NCBI GenBank assembly: GCA_002347045.1
Contig: DDWV01000001.1
Location: forward strand, 291,844 to 355,843
Length of the DNA stretch: 64,000 nt
Direction: 5' to 3'
From: Candidatus Collierbacteria bacterium UBA2277
Lineage (GTDB): Bacteria > Patescibacteriota > Microgenomatia > UBA1400 > MFAQ01
Positions within the stretch are counted from its first letter, which is position 1, and each line of letters opens with the position of its first letter. Shown here in pieces: positions 38,097 to 48,494 of this stretch. The translations under genes were made by a program, and so were the position numbers. Under the pieces are notes generated by a model that had not been told where the DNA came from, did no database searches, and worked only from the letters and a program-made list of their open reading frames with translations.

Positions 38097-40062
38097 TTGT
38101 TTGACCTTGTTTATCTAACCTTTCGAACGGTAAAACATATTTTTGACCGACACTACTTACAAAAGAAACAGTACCTGTCTGATAAAAATACTCAGGATGA
38201 TTCTTTTGTATCATCAATATGTCTTTAAACATTTGCCTGTCACTTGCTGAAGAGCCTTTTTGAACTAGGAAAGTTTGATCTATGAGGTACACCCCCGGAA
38301 GGATATTATTTTTTATGGTGTCTGGGTCGAGTGATGGGTCAAGAATTCCGATAAAGCGTGGATAAACATCGGGGATAACTGTTTTTACTTGCTCATCAAC
38401 TTGCATGTTCTCGAGAGTTGTAAGAGTAGAGAGGGCCGAAAGATACTTTCCCCAGTCTGACATGAGACGAGGAATGATATAGACGGCTTTCCAGTTTCCA
38501 CTTTCGGCTAGAACAAAGTTATCCCTAGTTAGCTTAGCTGTAGTTAGAGGACCTTCAGTTACCTGAATTTCGCCCTTTGGGTCATACCCTGAATAAAGAT
38601 AATCCCACTTCCATACTAGCTTCCAGCGATTGTGTTCAATAATAAAACTTACCACCTGAGTATCGGTAAGAACGCCAAAATCAGTAACATACTTGGTGTT
38701 TAGTTTTGCTGTGTGGATATCTCCCCTATCGACAACATCAGTAATGGAGACGATAATTTTTTTGACCTTTACTGATTCGTAAAAATTTTCCATGGCTCTT
38801 TGGAACTGATCTTCAGGATAATTTTTTAACGTATCCTGATCGATACTCCGATAAAGCTCACGATAAGCTCTGGTATTTAGGAAGCGAGCAACTGCCTCAG
38901 TGTGGCCTGGAAGATTTCTGTGATTAAGGGTAGGAATAAGAATAAATAAATTTAGTACAGCTAGAACAAATATTATTGGGGTAAATTTTCTGAACGCAAA
39001 GACGATAAATAAAACGAATAGGGGCACTACCGGCATTAAGTATCTTGCCCAGAATGGAAGAAGTGTGTTTACAATTAAAAACACAAAAGAAAAGGATGAA
39101 AGATATAGCCAGGAATATTCTTTTTTCTTGATACTAGATATAAAAAGAACAACGGCTAATATAACTCCGATTGGAAGTATCATGGACCAATCACCCAAAC
39201 CAGTCCCTGAGGCGCCGGACCAAAAACCCTTGTAAGTATTTAGAAATATTCCCTTCCATTGATTTAGATAATCAATGTTTCCTCCACCCGAGTTTAGATA
39301 AAATTGAAGTGGTTTTTCATGAAGTCTTAACCAAGGAAATGGGTTTGGATGACGAATAAAATAGCAAAAAAAGGAAATAACATAACCGGCAAAAGTTGAG
39401 GCCAAATACAGGAAAGGAAGGTGTATTTTTTTGGAGCTTAGAAAAATGATGATCATTCCAACAAGAAGGGCAAGTGGAGTATATACTCCAATTTTTGTGC
39501 CTGTTGCTAGTCCTAGAAATATTCCTGCAAAGATTAAATCCCTAAAATTCTTTCTATTGAAAAAACGAGTCATAAACCAAGCATTAGTGAAAAATAAAAA
39601 CATTTGAGGAAGATCGAGCATGGTTTCTTTGATCTGCGTGGCGACAAAGGGAGTTGTGATAAAAAGCAAAACTGAAAACAATGAAAGAGACTTGTTTTTA
39701 AACAGTTCTTTTGCGAAGAAGTATATAACTAGACAACTTAGTGCGAAAAAACCTAAACTAACCCAGTATGGATTACCTATGGTTTTTTCTGCTAATCCAT
39801 ACAAGTATTTTGCGAAAGGAGGAACCTCGTAATTTATATAAAACGGATTCTCTCCTTCTACTAGTCTGTAGCCTACGAATTTGTATAATTCTCCATCAGA
39901 AATACCTCGAGTGCTTTGGGGGATGTTCCATTGAGAATGATAGTAAAGATTTTCGTAGTATTCTGGATTGTAACTATAAAAAAATATTTGTCTAGAAAAA
40001 TATAAAATTGCAGAGGCTACAAGAAAAATTAAAATAATTAAAAGAGTGTTTAGTTTTTTCAC
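38062..40062 (-). CDS. PMT-like (GT39) membrane glycosyltransferase with a roughly 270-aa C-terminal soluble domain
   Basis: 666 aa. GISDGELYKFVGYRL.....VPPFAKYLYGLAEK resembles the DE/loop-1 motif of protein O-mannosyltransferases. Confidence 0.55.
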   Translation of the reverse strand: MKKLNTLLIILIFLVASAILYFSRQIFFYSYNPEYYENLYYHSQWNIPQSTRGISDGELYKFVGYRLVEGENPFYINYEVPPFAKYLYGLAEKTIGNPYWVSLGFFALSCLVIYFFAKELFKNKSLSLFSVLLFITTPFVATQIKETMLDLPQMFLFFTNAWFMTRFFNRKNFRDLIFAGIFLGLATGTKIGVYTPLALLVGMIIIFLSSKKIHLPFLYLASTFAGYVISFFCYFIRHPNPFPWLRLHEKPLQFYLNSGGGNIDYLNQWKGIFLNTYKGFWSGASGTGLGDWSMILPIGVILAVVLFISSIKKKEYSWLYLSSFSFVFLIVNTLLPFWARYLMPVVPLFVLFIVFAFRKFTPIIFVLAVLNLFILIPTLNHRNLPGHTEAVARFLNTRAYRELYRSIDQDTLKNYPEDQFQRAMENFYESVKVKKIIVSITDVVDRGDIHTAKLNTKYVTDFGVLTDTQVVSFIIEHNRWKLVWKWDYLYSGYDPKGEIQVTEGPLTTAKLTRDNFVLAESGNWKAVYIIPRLMSDWGKYLSALSTLTTLENMQVDEQVKTVIPDVYPRFIGILDPSLDPDTIKNNILPGVYLIDQTFLVQKGSSASDRQMFKDILMIQKNHPEYFYQTGTVSFVSSVGQKYVLPFERLDKQGQTIIYSPSLLLEK

Positions 40063-40066
40063 TTCT

Positions 40067-41674
40067 TTAGTTTAGCAAATTATCAACCTTCTCAATGGTT
40101 GTGTTCCATGGTAATACAATTACTTTTTCTTTTTTTACTGAAAATCTTGATCGCCACAATTGCTCCCTCTCTGGATTAGAATCATCATGCTGGATAATAA
40201 GGTAGGTATTGATCGGAAGATCATTTTTTGTTTTTGACCAGTACTTATTGTTATCTCTAACGTACTCTGGTACGTCGGGAAGATATGATATTTCTGCGGG
40301 CTGATATGCAAATTTTTTTGTTCCATACCACCAAAATAAGTATTGGTATGGGTAATCATAAACTGACGGGAAATATGAATAAACTCTAAATGATTGCCCG
40401 CCAGCCTCCTGATATACCTTTTCAACAGTTTTAAGCATGTTACCTAAACTACTGGGATCATTTGACGGATTTTTATGAATTCGATTTAGATAGTTTAGGC
40501 TTGAGACAATTGAGGTGTATATAACTAAACAAAAAAGAAGGGTCGAGTATTTCCTAAGTTTGATGGAGTCACTCAATATAGCTATGGCTGACGCAAATGT
40601 ATAAACGGCAAAAGGAACTATGCCATAGAGATACCAATCTTTTAAACCATAGGGAAAAAGAAGAAAAAATACAAAAAATACAAAAATTAACAATGAGTTA
40701 TATTTTAAGAATATTCTTCCCATGGACTGATTGCCTTTTTTTGCTATTGCTAAAGCTATGACTAAAAATATTACTACAACGGGGAGACTGGATACACTTG
40801 AAAAAATTGAGAGAAAATGAGAAAGCCTATTTTCAAAAAGCTGACTAAGTGTGAGTTTTGTTCCTAAAAAACTTGAGTTGCCAAAAAACTCTGCAAAAAG
40901 AGACTTTGTCATTACAAATTTGTGGCTAAGTTCAAAAATAATTTGAGGGACTAGGGTTATGAAAAATCCAAAAGTGAGAAGTAGTAGATGTCTTTGATTT
41001 TTTTCTCTTTTGAAGTGAACAACGAATGATATAGGGAAAAACAAAATTCCAATGGCTGCTTGTAACTGAAGAATTATGCCACAAAGGAGACCTTCAAAAA
41101 AAGACCAAGATTTAGTTTTTAGAAAAATAAACAGTGGAAAAAGAGCAGAAAAATATAAGACTGCATTGGCATTAAATGAGTACCTTGTTGTCAAGTATGC
41201 AGCAGGTGACAGTAGCAGTATAGACGATGTAAGAAACCCAAGAATCATGTCCCTTTTGTAAAAATGAAAAAATACTAACGCCGAAACTACATGAAAAATT
41301 AATATTGAAAAGTAAACTAAACTGACTGGATTTCCGCCACTAATTAAAAAAGGAGCTAGATTGAAGTAGTACCAAAAAGGGCCTAGATATAACCCAATTA
41401 TGTCTGTAATAGGACCAATAAGTTTGGGGGAGTAAAGGACAGCAATTTCTCGAATTTCAAGCATATCTCTCGCTTGATCTGAGGTAAAAGCAACATTGAA
41501 ATTACTTACTGAGATGATTCTTATGCTTGCAGAAATGAAAAATACAAAAGCAAAAAACAAAGGAAACCAAAAATGCTTGAGTGATTTTTTGTTTGGAGTA
41601 GACACACTAGAGAAGTTTCTTTTGGTTTGAAAAAAATGATTTGAGTGAGTACTTGGAAGGAATTCGAGAAACAA
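40067..41674 (-). CDS. GT-C-like polytopic membrane glycosyltransferase
   Basis: 535 aa. The track start is a TTG at 41674, which overlaps the upstream GT4 by 68 nt. A GTG at 41605 is a plausible alternative start. FTSDQARDM loop. Confidence 0.5.
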   Translation of the reverse strand: MFLEFLPSTHSNHFFQTKRNFSSVSTPNKKSLKHFWFPLFFAFVFFISASIRIISVSNFNVAFTSDQARDMLEIREIAVLYSPKLIGPITDIIGLYLGPFWYYFNLAPFLISGGNPVSLVYFSILIFHVVSALVFFHFYKRDMILGFLTSSILLLSPAAYLTTRYSFNANAVLYFSALFPLFIFLKTKSWSFFEGLLCGIILQLQAAIGILFFPISFVVHFKREKNQRHLLLLTFGFFITLVPQIIFELSHKFVMTKSLFAEFFGNSSFLGTKLTLSQLFENRLSHFLSIFSSVSSLPVVVIFLVIALAIAKKGNQSMGRIFLKYNSLLIFVFFVFFLLFPYGLKDWYLYGIVPFAVYTFASAIAILSDSIKLRKYSTLLFCLVIYTSIVSSLNYLNRIHKNPSNDPSSLGNMLKTVEKVYQEAGGQSFRVYSYFPSVYDYPYQYLFWWYGTKKFAYQPAEISYLPDVPEYVRDNNKYWSKTKNDLPINTYLIIQHDDSNPEREQLWRSRFSVKKEKVIVLPWNTTIEKVDNLLN

Positions 41675-42671
41675 GATCTAGTGATGTTTGATACAGCTTG
41701 TCATCTTCTATAAGAAGCTTTGTGTTTAAAGCAATTTCCTTTGCATTTTCACAAAGGAAACCTGCACCTCCTGAAATGATTTCTTTTTGGCCACCTTTTC
41801 CGATAACAATTGGAATACAACCTGCGGACATAGCTTCAACAGTAGTCATCCCAAAATGCTCGACTTTCTCAGGATTTGCTATTTCATCAACTTCGTAGCC
41901 GGCAGCGTGCCAGAAAAATTTTGATTTGGCATAAAGTCTCTTTAATTTGGTAAAGTCTGGGTTGACAATAAACTTGATTGGGAGAGACCCAGCTTTTTCT
42001 TTTAGAATTTCAAGTGTGGCTGATGTTCCGTGACTACCTCCGGCTAAAAGTAACTGATATTCTGGGTGTGACTTGTGCAACTCTTTGAAAGCGTCTATTA
42101 GGACATCTTGACGCTTTGAGTGAGATGGAGAATCAAAGCGGGCAACAGATAGAATGAGGTTTTCTTTTGTTTTTTCTTTGAAATTGTCTATATCAATTGG
42201 CGGGTATAGAACAAAACTTTTATTTTTGGGAAAATGATTTTCGTGAACACTGGCTGTGAACTGAGAGTTGTAGACAAATTTGCGGATAAAAAGGGTTTTG
42301 ACTTTGTTAACAAGCTTATTTCCACCGATTGCCATGAAGGGTACCTGAAAATGAACCAAATTGTTTTTGGAAAACATGAAGGGAAGACTGCCGTCACTTA
42401 CCCAAAAAATCAGATTAAAGCGTCGGGAGAGGAAAAATCTATTGATTAGTGAAGATCTACCCCTGCAAAGTGTAAAAGCTTTTTTGTTGAGTTTTATTTG
42501 AGAGAGATCGAGGCCAAACCTTAGTTCTGCTGCTTTTAGGGTTTCTCGAGTGTTCCAGGCGATCTCGACTGAGTAACCTAGCGACACTAGTCCAAGTGCG
42601 AACGTTAGACTGTACCTTTCTCCTCCTCCCAAAGTATCGAGATAAGGATCAAAAATTAGGGCTTTTTTCAT
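41607..42671 (-). CDS. glycosyltransferase family 4
   Basis: Likely start is the ATG at 42671 (MKKALIFDPYLDTLGGGERYS), directly after the stop of the upstream GT2. C-terminal EHFGMTTVEAMSAGCIPIV motif. Confidence 0.7.
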   Translation of the reverse strand: MKKALIFDPYLDTLGGGERYSLTFALGLVSLGYSVEIAWNTRETLKAAELRFGLDLSQIKLNKKAFTLCRGRSSLINRFFLSRRFNLIFWVSDGSLPFMFSKNNLVHFQVPFMAIGGNKLVNKVKTLFIRKFVYNSQFTASVHENHFPKNKSFVLYPPIDIDNFKEKTKENLILSVARFDSPSHSKRQDVLIDAFKELHKSHPEYQLLLAGGSHGTSATLEILKEKAGSLPIKFIVNPDFTKLKRLYAKSKFFWHAAGYEVDEIANPEKVEHFGMTTVEAMSAGCIPIVIGKGGQKEIISGGAGFLCENAKEIALNTKLLIEDDKLYQTSLDLVSRIPSKYSLKSFFSNQKKLL

Positions 42672-43474
42672 ATTTTCTCTTTCCACTCTTCGATTAAATC
42701 TTTGTCTATTTTTTTGTATGTGTCTGAAAGGGACGGCTTCCTTTGTGCTTCCCAAAGTCTTTCGTAGGTTAGAAATTTGCTAAACATCTGATAAATAATC
42801 TCTATCCAGCCTTCGGTTCCATCTCGCCAAAGGCCTTGTCTAACACACCTATACCAAAACTCAGTAAGCATAATTCTGACAAAGCGCCAGCCTTTCATTT
42901 GTGGATGACCAGCATCAAGAAGCATTTTTGCCTCATATCTTGACCAATTTAGAGTGTTTGGGACTTTTTCATCGATATTTTTGTGGGACAAATGAACCAT
43001 TTGATTTCTTAGGCCACCTATTGTTCCTTCAATTTTTGGCTGTTCGTGAAGCTTTCCTTCCCAGCGTTTGAGGGCTGACTTTTTCATTAGGCGGAGTACT
43101 CGTGGATCGCCCCAGTGGTTTAGATGTTTGCCTAGGAATACTTCATATCGACTAATGGTGTATGCCTGGTGTTTTGCGTTTTCTAAAGTGGAGAGTATTT
43201 CTTTGGCTAGCTTTACGGGTATGCGTTCGTCGGAGTCTAGATATAGCAACCACTCCCCTTTTGCTTCTCTGGCACCGTCGTTGCGCCATTTTGAAAAACT
43301 GTCGCCTGTTGAGCGAACTATCTTCGCACCTGCCCTTCTGCATATTTCAAGAGTGTCATCTGTAGATCCTGTGTCGACCACGACAATTTCTGAAGCAAAT
43401 TTTGAAGTTTTCAGAGCAGGAATAACTTCATCAGCGACGTCTTTGGTAAGAATTATGATGGATAGCTTTATCAT
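42668..43474 (-). CDS. glycosyltransferase family 2
   Basis: 268 aa. LSIIILTKD, VVVDTGSTDDT and YLDSDERI motifs. Confidence 0.75.
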   Translation of the reverse strand: MIKLSIIILTKDVADEVIPALKTSKFASEIVVVDTGSTDDTLEICRRAGAKIVRSTGDSFSKWRNDGAREAKGEWLLYLDSDERIPVKLAKEILSTLENAKHQAYTISRYEVFLGKHLNHWGDPRVLRLMKKSALKRWEGKLHEQPKIEGTIGGLRNQMVHLSHKNIDEKVPNTLNWSRYEAKMLLDAGHPQMKGWRFVRIMLTEFWYRCVRQGLWRDGTEGWIEIIYQMFSKFLTYERLWEAQRKPSLSDTYKKIDKDLIEEWKEKI

Positions 43475-43475
43475 G

Positions 43476-44384
43476 TTATTTGATCCAGGTACCTTTGCCT
43501 AATTTTCTCATAAAAAAGTCTCTTACTGCTTGCTTTTGAGCTTTGGTTCCTACAAACAACTTCTTGACAGCTTCTCTAAGAAGGGCAGTCTTTGTTCTTA
43601 GCCGAGCGTAGTCCATGCCAAACAATAATCTGTTTCTGGTAATAAAGTAGTCGTTAAGAGGAGAGCCTATTCCTGAGCTTTGGGCAACTTTGTGCCAGAG
43701 CTTTATGTCTGAGTCTAAAATTAGTTTATAGCCCTCTTTTTTTATTCTCATTCCTAGGTCAGAGTCTTCGAAATACAGACAGTAACGTTCGTCAAAAAGA
43801 CCGACCTTTTTAAGTACATCTGACCTTACGATAAATAAGCATCCAGTAATAAAATCAACTTCCCTTCGGCCATCATACTGACCTGAATCGACCTCATTTA
43901 CTCCAGTATGCTTAGCATACACATTGTCCCAGTCGTATTCACCGCCAGCATACCAGATGACATTACCTAGTTCTTCTTTGGTGTATTTATCTTCAAACTC
44001 AAATCCTTTAGCAAAATAGATAAGTCCACCCACAGCGCCAACCTTTTTGTCGGAGATTGGGGAAGCGAGAATGTTGAGAATTAGATCTTTTGGAACCAAC
44101 GTGTCATTGTTTATCAGAACAATAATGTCTATTCCGTCTGCAAGAGCCTGTTTAAATCCTAAGTTGTTTCCGGCTGCGAAGCCTACATTGCCGTTGGGAC
44201 TATCAACATACTTTGCTTGAGAATACTTTTTGAGTTTTTTCTTAAGCTCTTCTGACCTGTCATTGTCTACAACATACACTGTAGATGAAACGCCAAGAGG
44301 TAATGTATTTTGTCCTAGCTGCTTTACTACATCTAGAGTGTCTTGGTTGCTATGAAAATTGATTGTGATAAAACCGACTTTCAT
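43476..44384 (-). CDS. glycosyltransferase family 2
   Basis: Likely start is the ATG at 44384 (MKVGFITINFHS), forming an ATGA overlap with the upstream GT2. VYVVDNDRS motif. Confidence 0.7.
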   Translation of the reverse strand: MKVGFITINFHSNQDTLDVVKQLGQNTLPLGVSSTVYVVDNDRSEELKKKLKKYSQAKYVDSPNGNVGFAAGNNLGFKQALADGIDIIVLINNDTLVPKDLILNILASPISDKKVGAVGGLIYFAKGFEFEDKYTKEELGNVIWYAGGEYDWDNVYAKHTGVNEVDSGQYDGRREVDFITGCLFIVRSDVLKKVGLFDERYCLYFEDSDLGMRIKKEGYKLILDSDIKLWHKVAQSSGIGSPLNDYFITRNRLLFGMDYARLRTKTALLREAVKKLFVGTKAQKQAVRDFFMRKLGKGTWIK

Positions 44385-45298
44385 TTTGAGAGTTTTCGTC
44401 TTAGTTTTAGAATAATTTTTTTGACTTTGGATGTAGGTAGCTGCAAAAGGGTTGTAATATACCAATACTTAAGCTCTTTGGCTTTTTCTACAAATATTTT
44501 TTGCCAAAGGGGAGAGAATTTGCCGTACTTTTCTGGAGTGTGTCCTTCATGCTGCCAAACCTTAAGGTATATCAACATCACAGAGAACATTTGCAGGAAT
44601 GCCAAGACAAGACCGTGAAGACCATCTCGGTAACCTTCTCCAGCAAAAAAACGACTGATGAATTCCCCTATTGGCTTTGTGAGGAAGTCTTTTGAGTCAA
44701 ATTTGTAACCTGAACTAATTAGCTCCTTTGCTTGCTGACTTGAGTATCGAAGAGACCTTTCAAAGTACTCATCAATCGTATTGTAGTGATGGTGCTCTAG
44801 CGCATAATCGAGTTCAGGCTCAAGATTTACACCAGTACCTGAAGTGATTGGAATAGAGTGAATTTCATTTTGCCATTCAACTGAACCTTTTTTAAAAAAA
44901 CGAATGTTGTAATCAGGCCACCATCTTGAGTGCTGTATCCATTGTCCGAAGATAAGATTTTTCCTGGGTACTCTTACAAAATCAACATCCTTTTCTTGCG
45001 ATATTTCGATGAGTTTTTTGGCTAGGGTTTTTGGAATTCGCTCATCTGCATCAACAATCAGAATCCAGTCATTTTGAGACTTTTTGATGGCGAAGTTTCT
45101 GGCAGGCTCCACATAACCAACCATTTTTGTGTCGAATACTTTGTCTGTAAACTTCTTGGCTATTTCCTTGGTTGAGTCGGTAGACTCCATATCTACGACT
45201 ACTATTTCGTCTGCAAATTGCAAAGATTTAAGGCAGTCGGCGATATTTTTTTCTTCGTTTCTGGTGTTTACTATTGCACTGATGCGTATCTTGGACAT
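44381..45298 (-). CDS. glycosyltransferase family 2
   Basis: 305 aa. ISAIVNTRNEE, VVVDMESTD and IVDADERI motifs. Confidence 0.75.
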   Translation of the reverse strand: MSKIRISAIVNTRNEEKNIADCLKSLQFADEIVVVDMESTDSTKEIAKKFTDKVFDTKMVGYVEPARNFAIKKSQNDWILIVDADERIPKTLAKKLIEISQEKDVDFVRVPRKNLIFGQWIQHSRWWPDYNIRFFKKGSVEWQNEIHSIPITSGTGVNLEPELDYALEHHHYNTIDEYFERSLRYSSQQAKELISSGYKFDSKDFLTKPIGEFISRFFAGEGYRDGLHGLVLAFLQMFSVMLIYLKVWQHEGHTPEKYGKFSPLWQKIFVEKAKELKYWYITTLLQLPTSKVKKIILKLRRKLSK

Positions 45299-45299
45299 A

Positions 45300-48200
45300 T
45301 TAGTTTAGTTTATAGATGTTAATCTCGCCGGAATCAAATATTTTTTCTAGAGACAGATCTTCTGGAGAAAGATGAATTTTTTGTAGTGGAGTCTCGTAAA
45401 CATATTTTATGTTATTTTCTAAGAGGAAGCTATTGGCCCAGATTTTGTCTGATGTGTTGTAGAAGCGCTGGATTTTCTTCGAGCGTTCTTTGTAGTCGAA
45501 GTTTGTGATATCTAGATTGATTGTGTCGGACATAAACTCTGGTTGGCCAGAGTATGCTGAAATATAGGCAGTAGAAATATATGAGTACAATGGCTTAGGA
45601 ACTGCGACCCACTCTGCTTTCTTGAACAATGGTGAAAGAACAATCCCTTTTGGCTGGCCCTTGAGATTGTCTAAAGCTCTCATTTCTGTGTAACTTATTC
45701 TTGAAGGTGAAAAGTAGCCAACATAGTCTTTGAGAGTTCCGATGGAAGTAGCTGTGGCTATCAAAAGAATAACTATTAGAACAAGTGACTTTATAAAGAT
45801 ATTTTTAATTGTTGTAACAAAATTTAGGATTACTTTGGCAGAAAAAATACTTAAGAAGAATAAAGAGTAATACATAAACTGTATTGTGTTCCAAGGGTTT
45901 ACTTTTTGAGTGATGATAAGTGGCAGTACTAAACCAAGAATGATTAGATAGCTGACAATTTTTTTCGACAAAATATTTGAACTTTTTTTACATATTTCTC
46001 CAAGACCAAGAACTCTTAGTCCAAGGTTTCCAAGTAGGAATACAGCAAAGGCAAAAATGTTTACGATAATCAGCTTTATGATGTTTCCTGAAGCCTCGTA
46101 CGACTGCCAAGCCTGAACGAACCTAGGCCAGTAAAAACGGTCATATGAAGCGAATAGACTTCTTGGAAACCAGAGAGGGTCAAAAGAAAAAGGAGAACCA
46201 GAAAAAGATGAAAAGGGTAGGCCAATAATTGCACCTAAAGTGCCCACGGCTATGGTTAGACTTAACTGACCGCCCAGAAAAAGTGCCATGACTAGAAGAA
46301 TAAAGGCATAGACCTTTGTCTGAGCTAGAACTGCCCCAAGAAGTGCAAGCCTGACGAACTGAATTGGCTTCAGTTTCCCTTTATGCGGGAGATTAACTAA
46401 AAATAAAATAAGGAAAGCAAGAGACAAAGCGAAGGGTGGGTTAAGAAAAAGTGAGGCAGATTGGTTTGCCCAAAAGGCAGATTCTCCTTGGAATATGTCT
46501 TGACTGGTGAGTAATTTGGGGATAAATCCAAAAGAACCTGATAGAAATACTAAAATATAACTTAGTGCCTTTTCGGCAGGTGTGTAGTGCCAAAGTGACA
46601 TAAGCTTGTTGAGAAGAAAAACGAGGGAAAGGCCTATTAGAAGTGGAAGAATTATGAAGTAAAGAGTAGGGCTTGGAATACGAAAGATCCTTGATAATAA
46701 GCCTGCACCGTAGTCGAAAATGAAGTGATAATTGGTTAGCTTGGCGCCTGAAAACTGGGGATGACTAAAGTCAAGGGGATTTTGGGAAAACTTTTCTATG
46801 AGAGAAAGATGAAAAATTGCATCATGACCATTCGGGCCAAAAAATCCTAATCCAAAAGGAAAATTAAGACCATTACGAAATACAGTAAGGGAAATTATTA
46901 AAACTGAGAGGAATCCGACAATTAGGAAGCCTGAAATTTTAGGAAGGCCTTTTTTTTTAATCTTTTTTAAAAATGCTAGTACAAGTAGTGATACTACTGT
47001 CCAAAGTAACCATGAATAATTGTGGGTGTCTTTGAGAGGCATGTATGGACTTGTTTTCCAAGTAGTGATGGAGTCTTTTTGAGATACTTTTATGTCTTTA
47101 GAGTCTATATCTGGAGCTTGGATATTTGTAAAACTAATTGAGTCTGGGTAAAAAGTAATTCTTTGGTCATTATTTCCTAATGATAGTTGCCAAAGATCCC
47201 ATTGTTTGTCGTAGATTGTTTCGAATTTTGTAAAGTCTACATCGATCAACAACTCTGTTCCAGGATATTTAATGGAATCAATGATAGCGGGAATTTCTAA
47301 GTATAGACTTGTATCTTGATTTGGTGTAGCGAAGTAATCTTCGAAGATTTCACGGTTGTAAACACGAAAATCGATGATTTTGGTCTGACCGTCTACAGCT
47401 TTTAGGCCGATTCTGTATTTTGGTGTTTGATACCAGTAAACTTCTCCAGACTCAACTCCAGTAGAGTCACCTGTACGGTAGAAATAGGTAGGACTGCTCT
47501 CGGGATATCTAGCCTTTAGCCAGTCTCCAAAGTCAGAAAGACTTAAAGGGTGTAGATTGTACTTATCTTGTTTTTCCTTAATTTTTTTGTATTGATTTTT
47601 TATTTCTTGACGATACAATGACAAACTATAGTCATTTTCTAAGCCAATGTTTATATAAGTAAACTCGTTGAAGTCTTTCTGACTGTAAAGCTCTAATAAT
47701 TTATCGAAATAAAGAGTAGATTTTCCTAAAGCTATGTAGTCGTTAAGCTGAACAGAAAATAATGAGGAGCTGTGAGGGCCGTAAAAATTGTATAAATCTC
47801 TTTGAGCCCAGCGAACCATAGCTAGATTGATTCGATTTTCCCTACTTGAGGCAGGAACAAGAGAGTTGTTTTTGTCTGGAAAATATGGACTGCCGATGTA
47901 GCCACCCCAAAGGCGATAGTGATCCATAGAGTATTGGTCGTCACAGTTCATGGCCGTAAGCACAGAGTACTTGGACTGGAGATATTGAAGCGAGTAGCTG
48001 TCGATGTGCCAGGCAGCTACCGACTTTGGATAAAAACCAAAGCGGGTAAAGAACTTATCCATGAAAGTGTCGATAAGCAGAGTTCTTTCTTTTTGCGAAT
48101 AGCCTGAAAGAAAAACTCTGTTTGCACTAAAAATTGAAAGTCCATCCGGGTAGTCTACCCCTGCTTGAGCAGCATAGTTTGGAGTGACTTCAAGGAAGGC

Positions 48201-48494
48201 TCCAAGAGACTGTGTTTTGTCGTCTTCTATTAGATTTGCAAAATAGCTTGAAATTGTTGCATCGATGACAGCATCAAGCCGCAACATCCAGGTGATGGGT
48301 AATGCCGAGTGTGTAGCCTCTTGATACTGGAACACTGGAAGATCCAGAGCCGATTGCTTGGGGTTGGTCCAACCCTCGTTGCCCCTTACAGGATTGGCTA
48401 TGGTGACAAATGTTTCTGGTTTAAAAGCAAAAGATGTCTTTGGAAAAACAAGAAAAATTAGAGTGGCAAGGAGTAGTAGAGGTTTTTTAAACAT
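45300..48494 (-). CDS. multidomain protein: signal peptide, roughly 480-aa secreted domain, GT-C-like polytopic membrane domain, then C-terminal soluble domain
   Basis: 1064 aa. MFKKPLLLLATLIFLVFPKTSFA signal peptide. Hydrophilic N-terminal half. The central third has about 11 TM segments. The tail is about 190 aa. Confidence 0.55.
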   Translation of the reverse strand: MFKKPLLLLATLIFLVFPKTSFAFKPETFVTIANPVRGNEGWTNPKQSALDLPVFQYQEATHSALPITWMLRLDAVIDATISSYFANLIEDDKTQSLGAFLEVTPNYAAQAGVDYPDGLSIFSANRVFLSGYSQKERTLLIDTFMDKFFTRFGFYPKSVAAWHIDSYSLQYLQSKYSVLTAMNCDDQYSMDHYRLWGGYIGSPYFPDKNNSLVPASSRENRINLAMVRWAQRDLYNFYGPHSSSLFSVQLNDYIALGKSTLYFDKLLELYSQKDFNEFTYINIGLENDYSLSLYRQEIKNQYKKIKEKQDKYNLHPLSLSDFGDWLKARYPESSPTYFYRTGDSTGVESGEVYWYQTPKYRIGLKAVDGQTKIIDFRVYNREIFEDYFATPNQDTSLYLEIPAIIDSIKYPGTELLIDVDFTKFETIYDKQWDLWQLSLGNNDQRITFYPDSISFTNIQAPDIDSKDIKVSQKDSITTWKTSPYMPLKDTHNYSWLLWTVVSLLVLAFLKKIKKKGLPKISGFLIVGFLSVLIISLTVFRNGLNFPFGLGFFGPNGHDAIFHLSLIEKFSQNPLDFSHPQFSGAKLTNYHFIFDYGAGLLSRIFRIPSPTLYFIILPLLIGLSLVFLLNKLMSLWHYTPAEKALSYILVFLSGSFGFIPKLLTSQDIFQGESAFWANQSASLFLNPPFALSLAFLILFLVNLPHKGKLKPIQFVRLALLGAVLAQTKVYAFILLVMALFLGGQLSLTIAVGTLGAIIGLPFSSFSGSPFSFDPLWFPRSLFASYDRFYWPRFVQAWQSYEASGNIIKLIIVNIFAFAVFLLGNLGLRVLGLGEICKKSSNILSKKIVSYLIILGLVLPLIITQKVNPWNTIQFMYYSLFFLSIFSAKVILNFVTTIKNIFIKSLVLIVILLIATATSIGTLKDYVGYFSPSRISYTEMRALDNLKGQPKGIVLSPLFKKAEWVAVPKPLYSYISTAYISAYSGQPEFMSDTINLDITNFDYKERSKKIQRFYNTSDKIWANSFLLENNIKYVYETPLQKIHLSPEDLSLEKIFDSGEINIYKLN

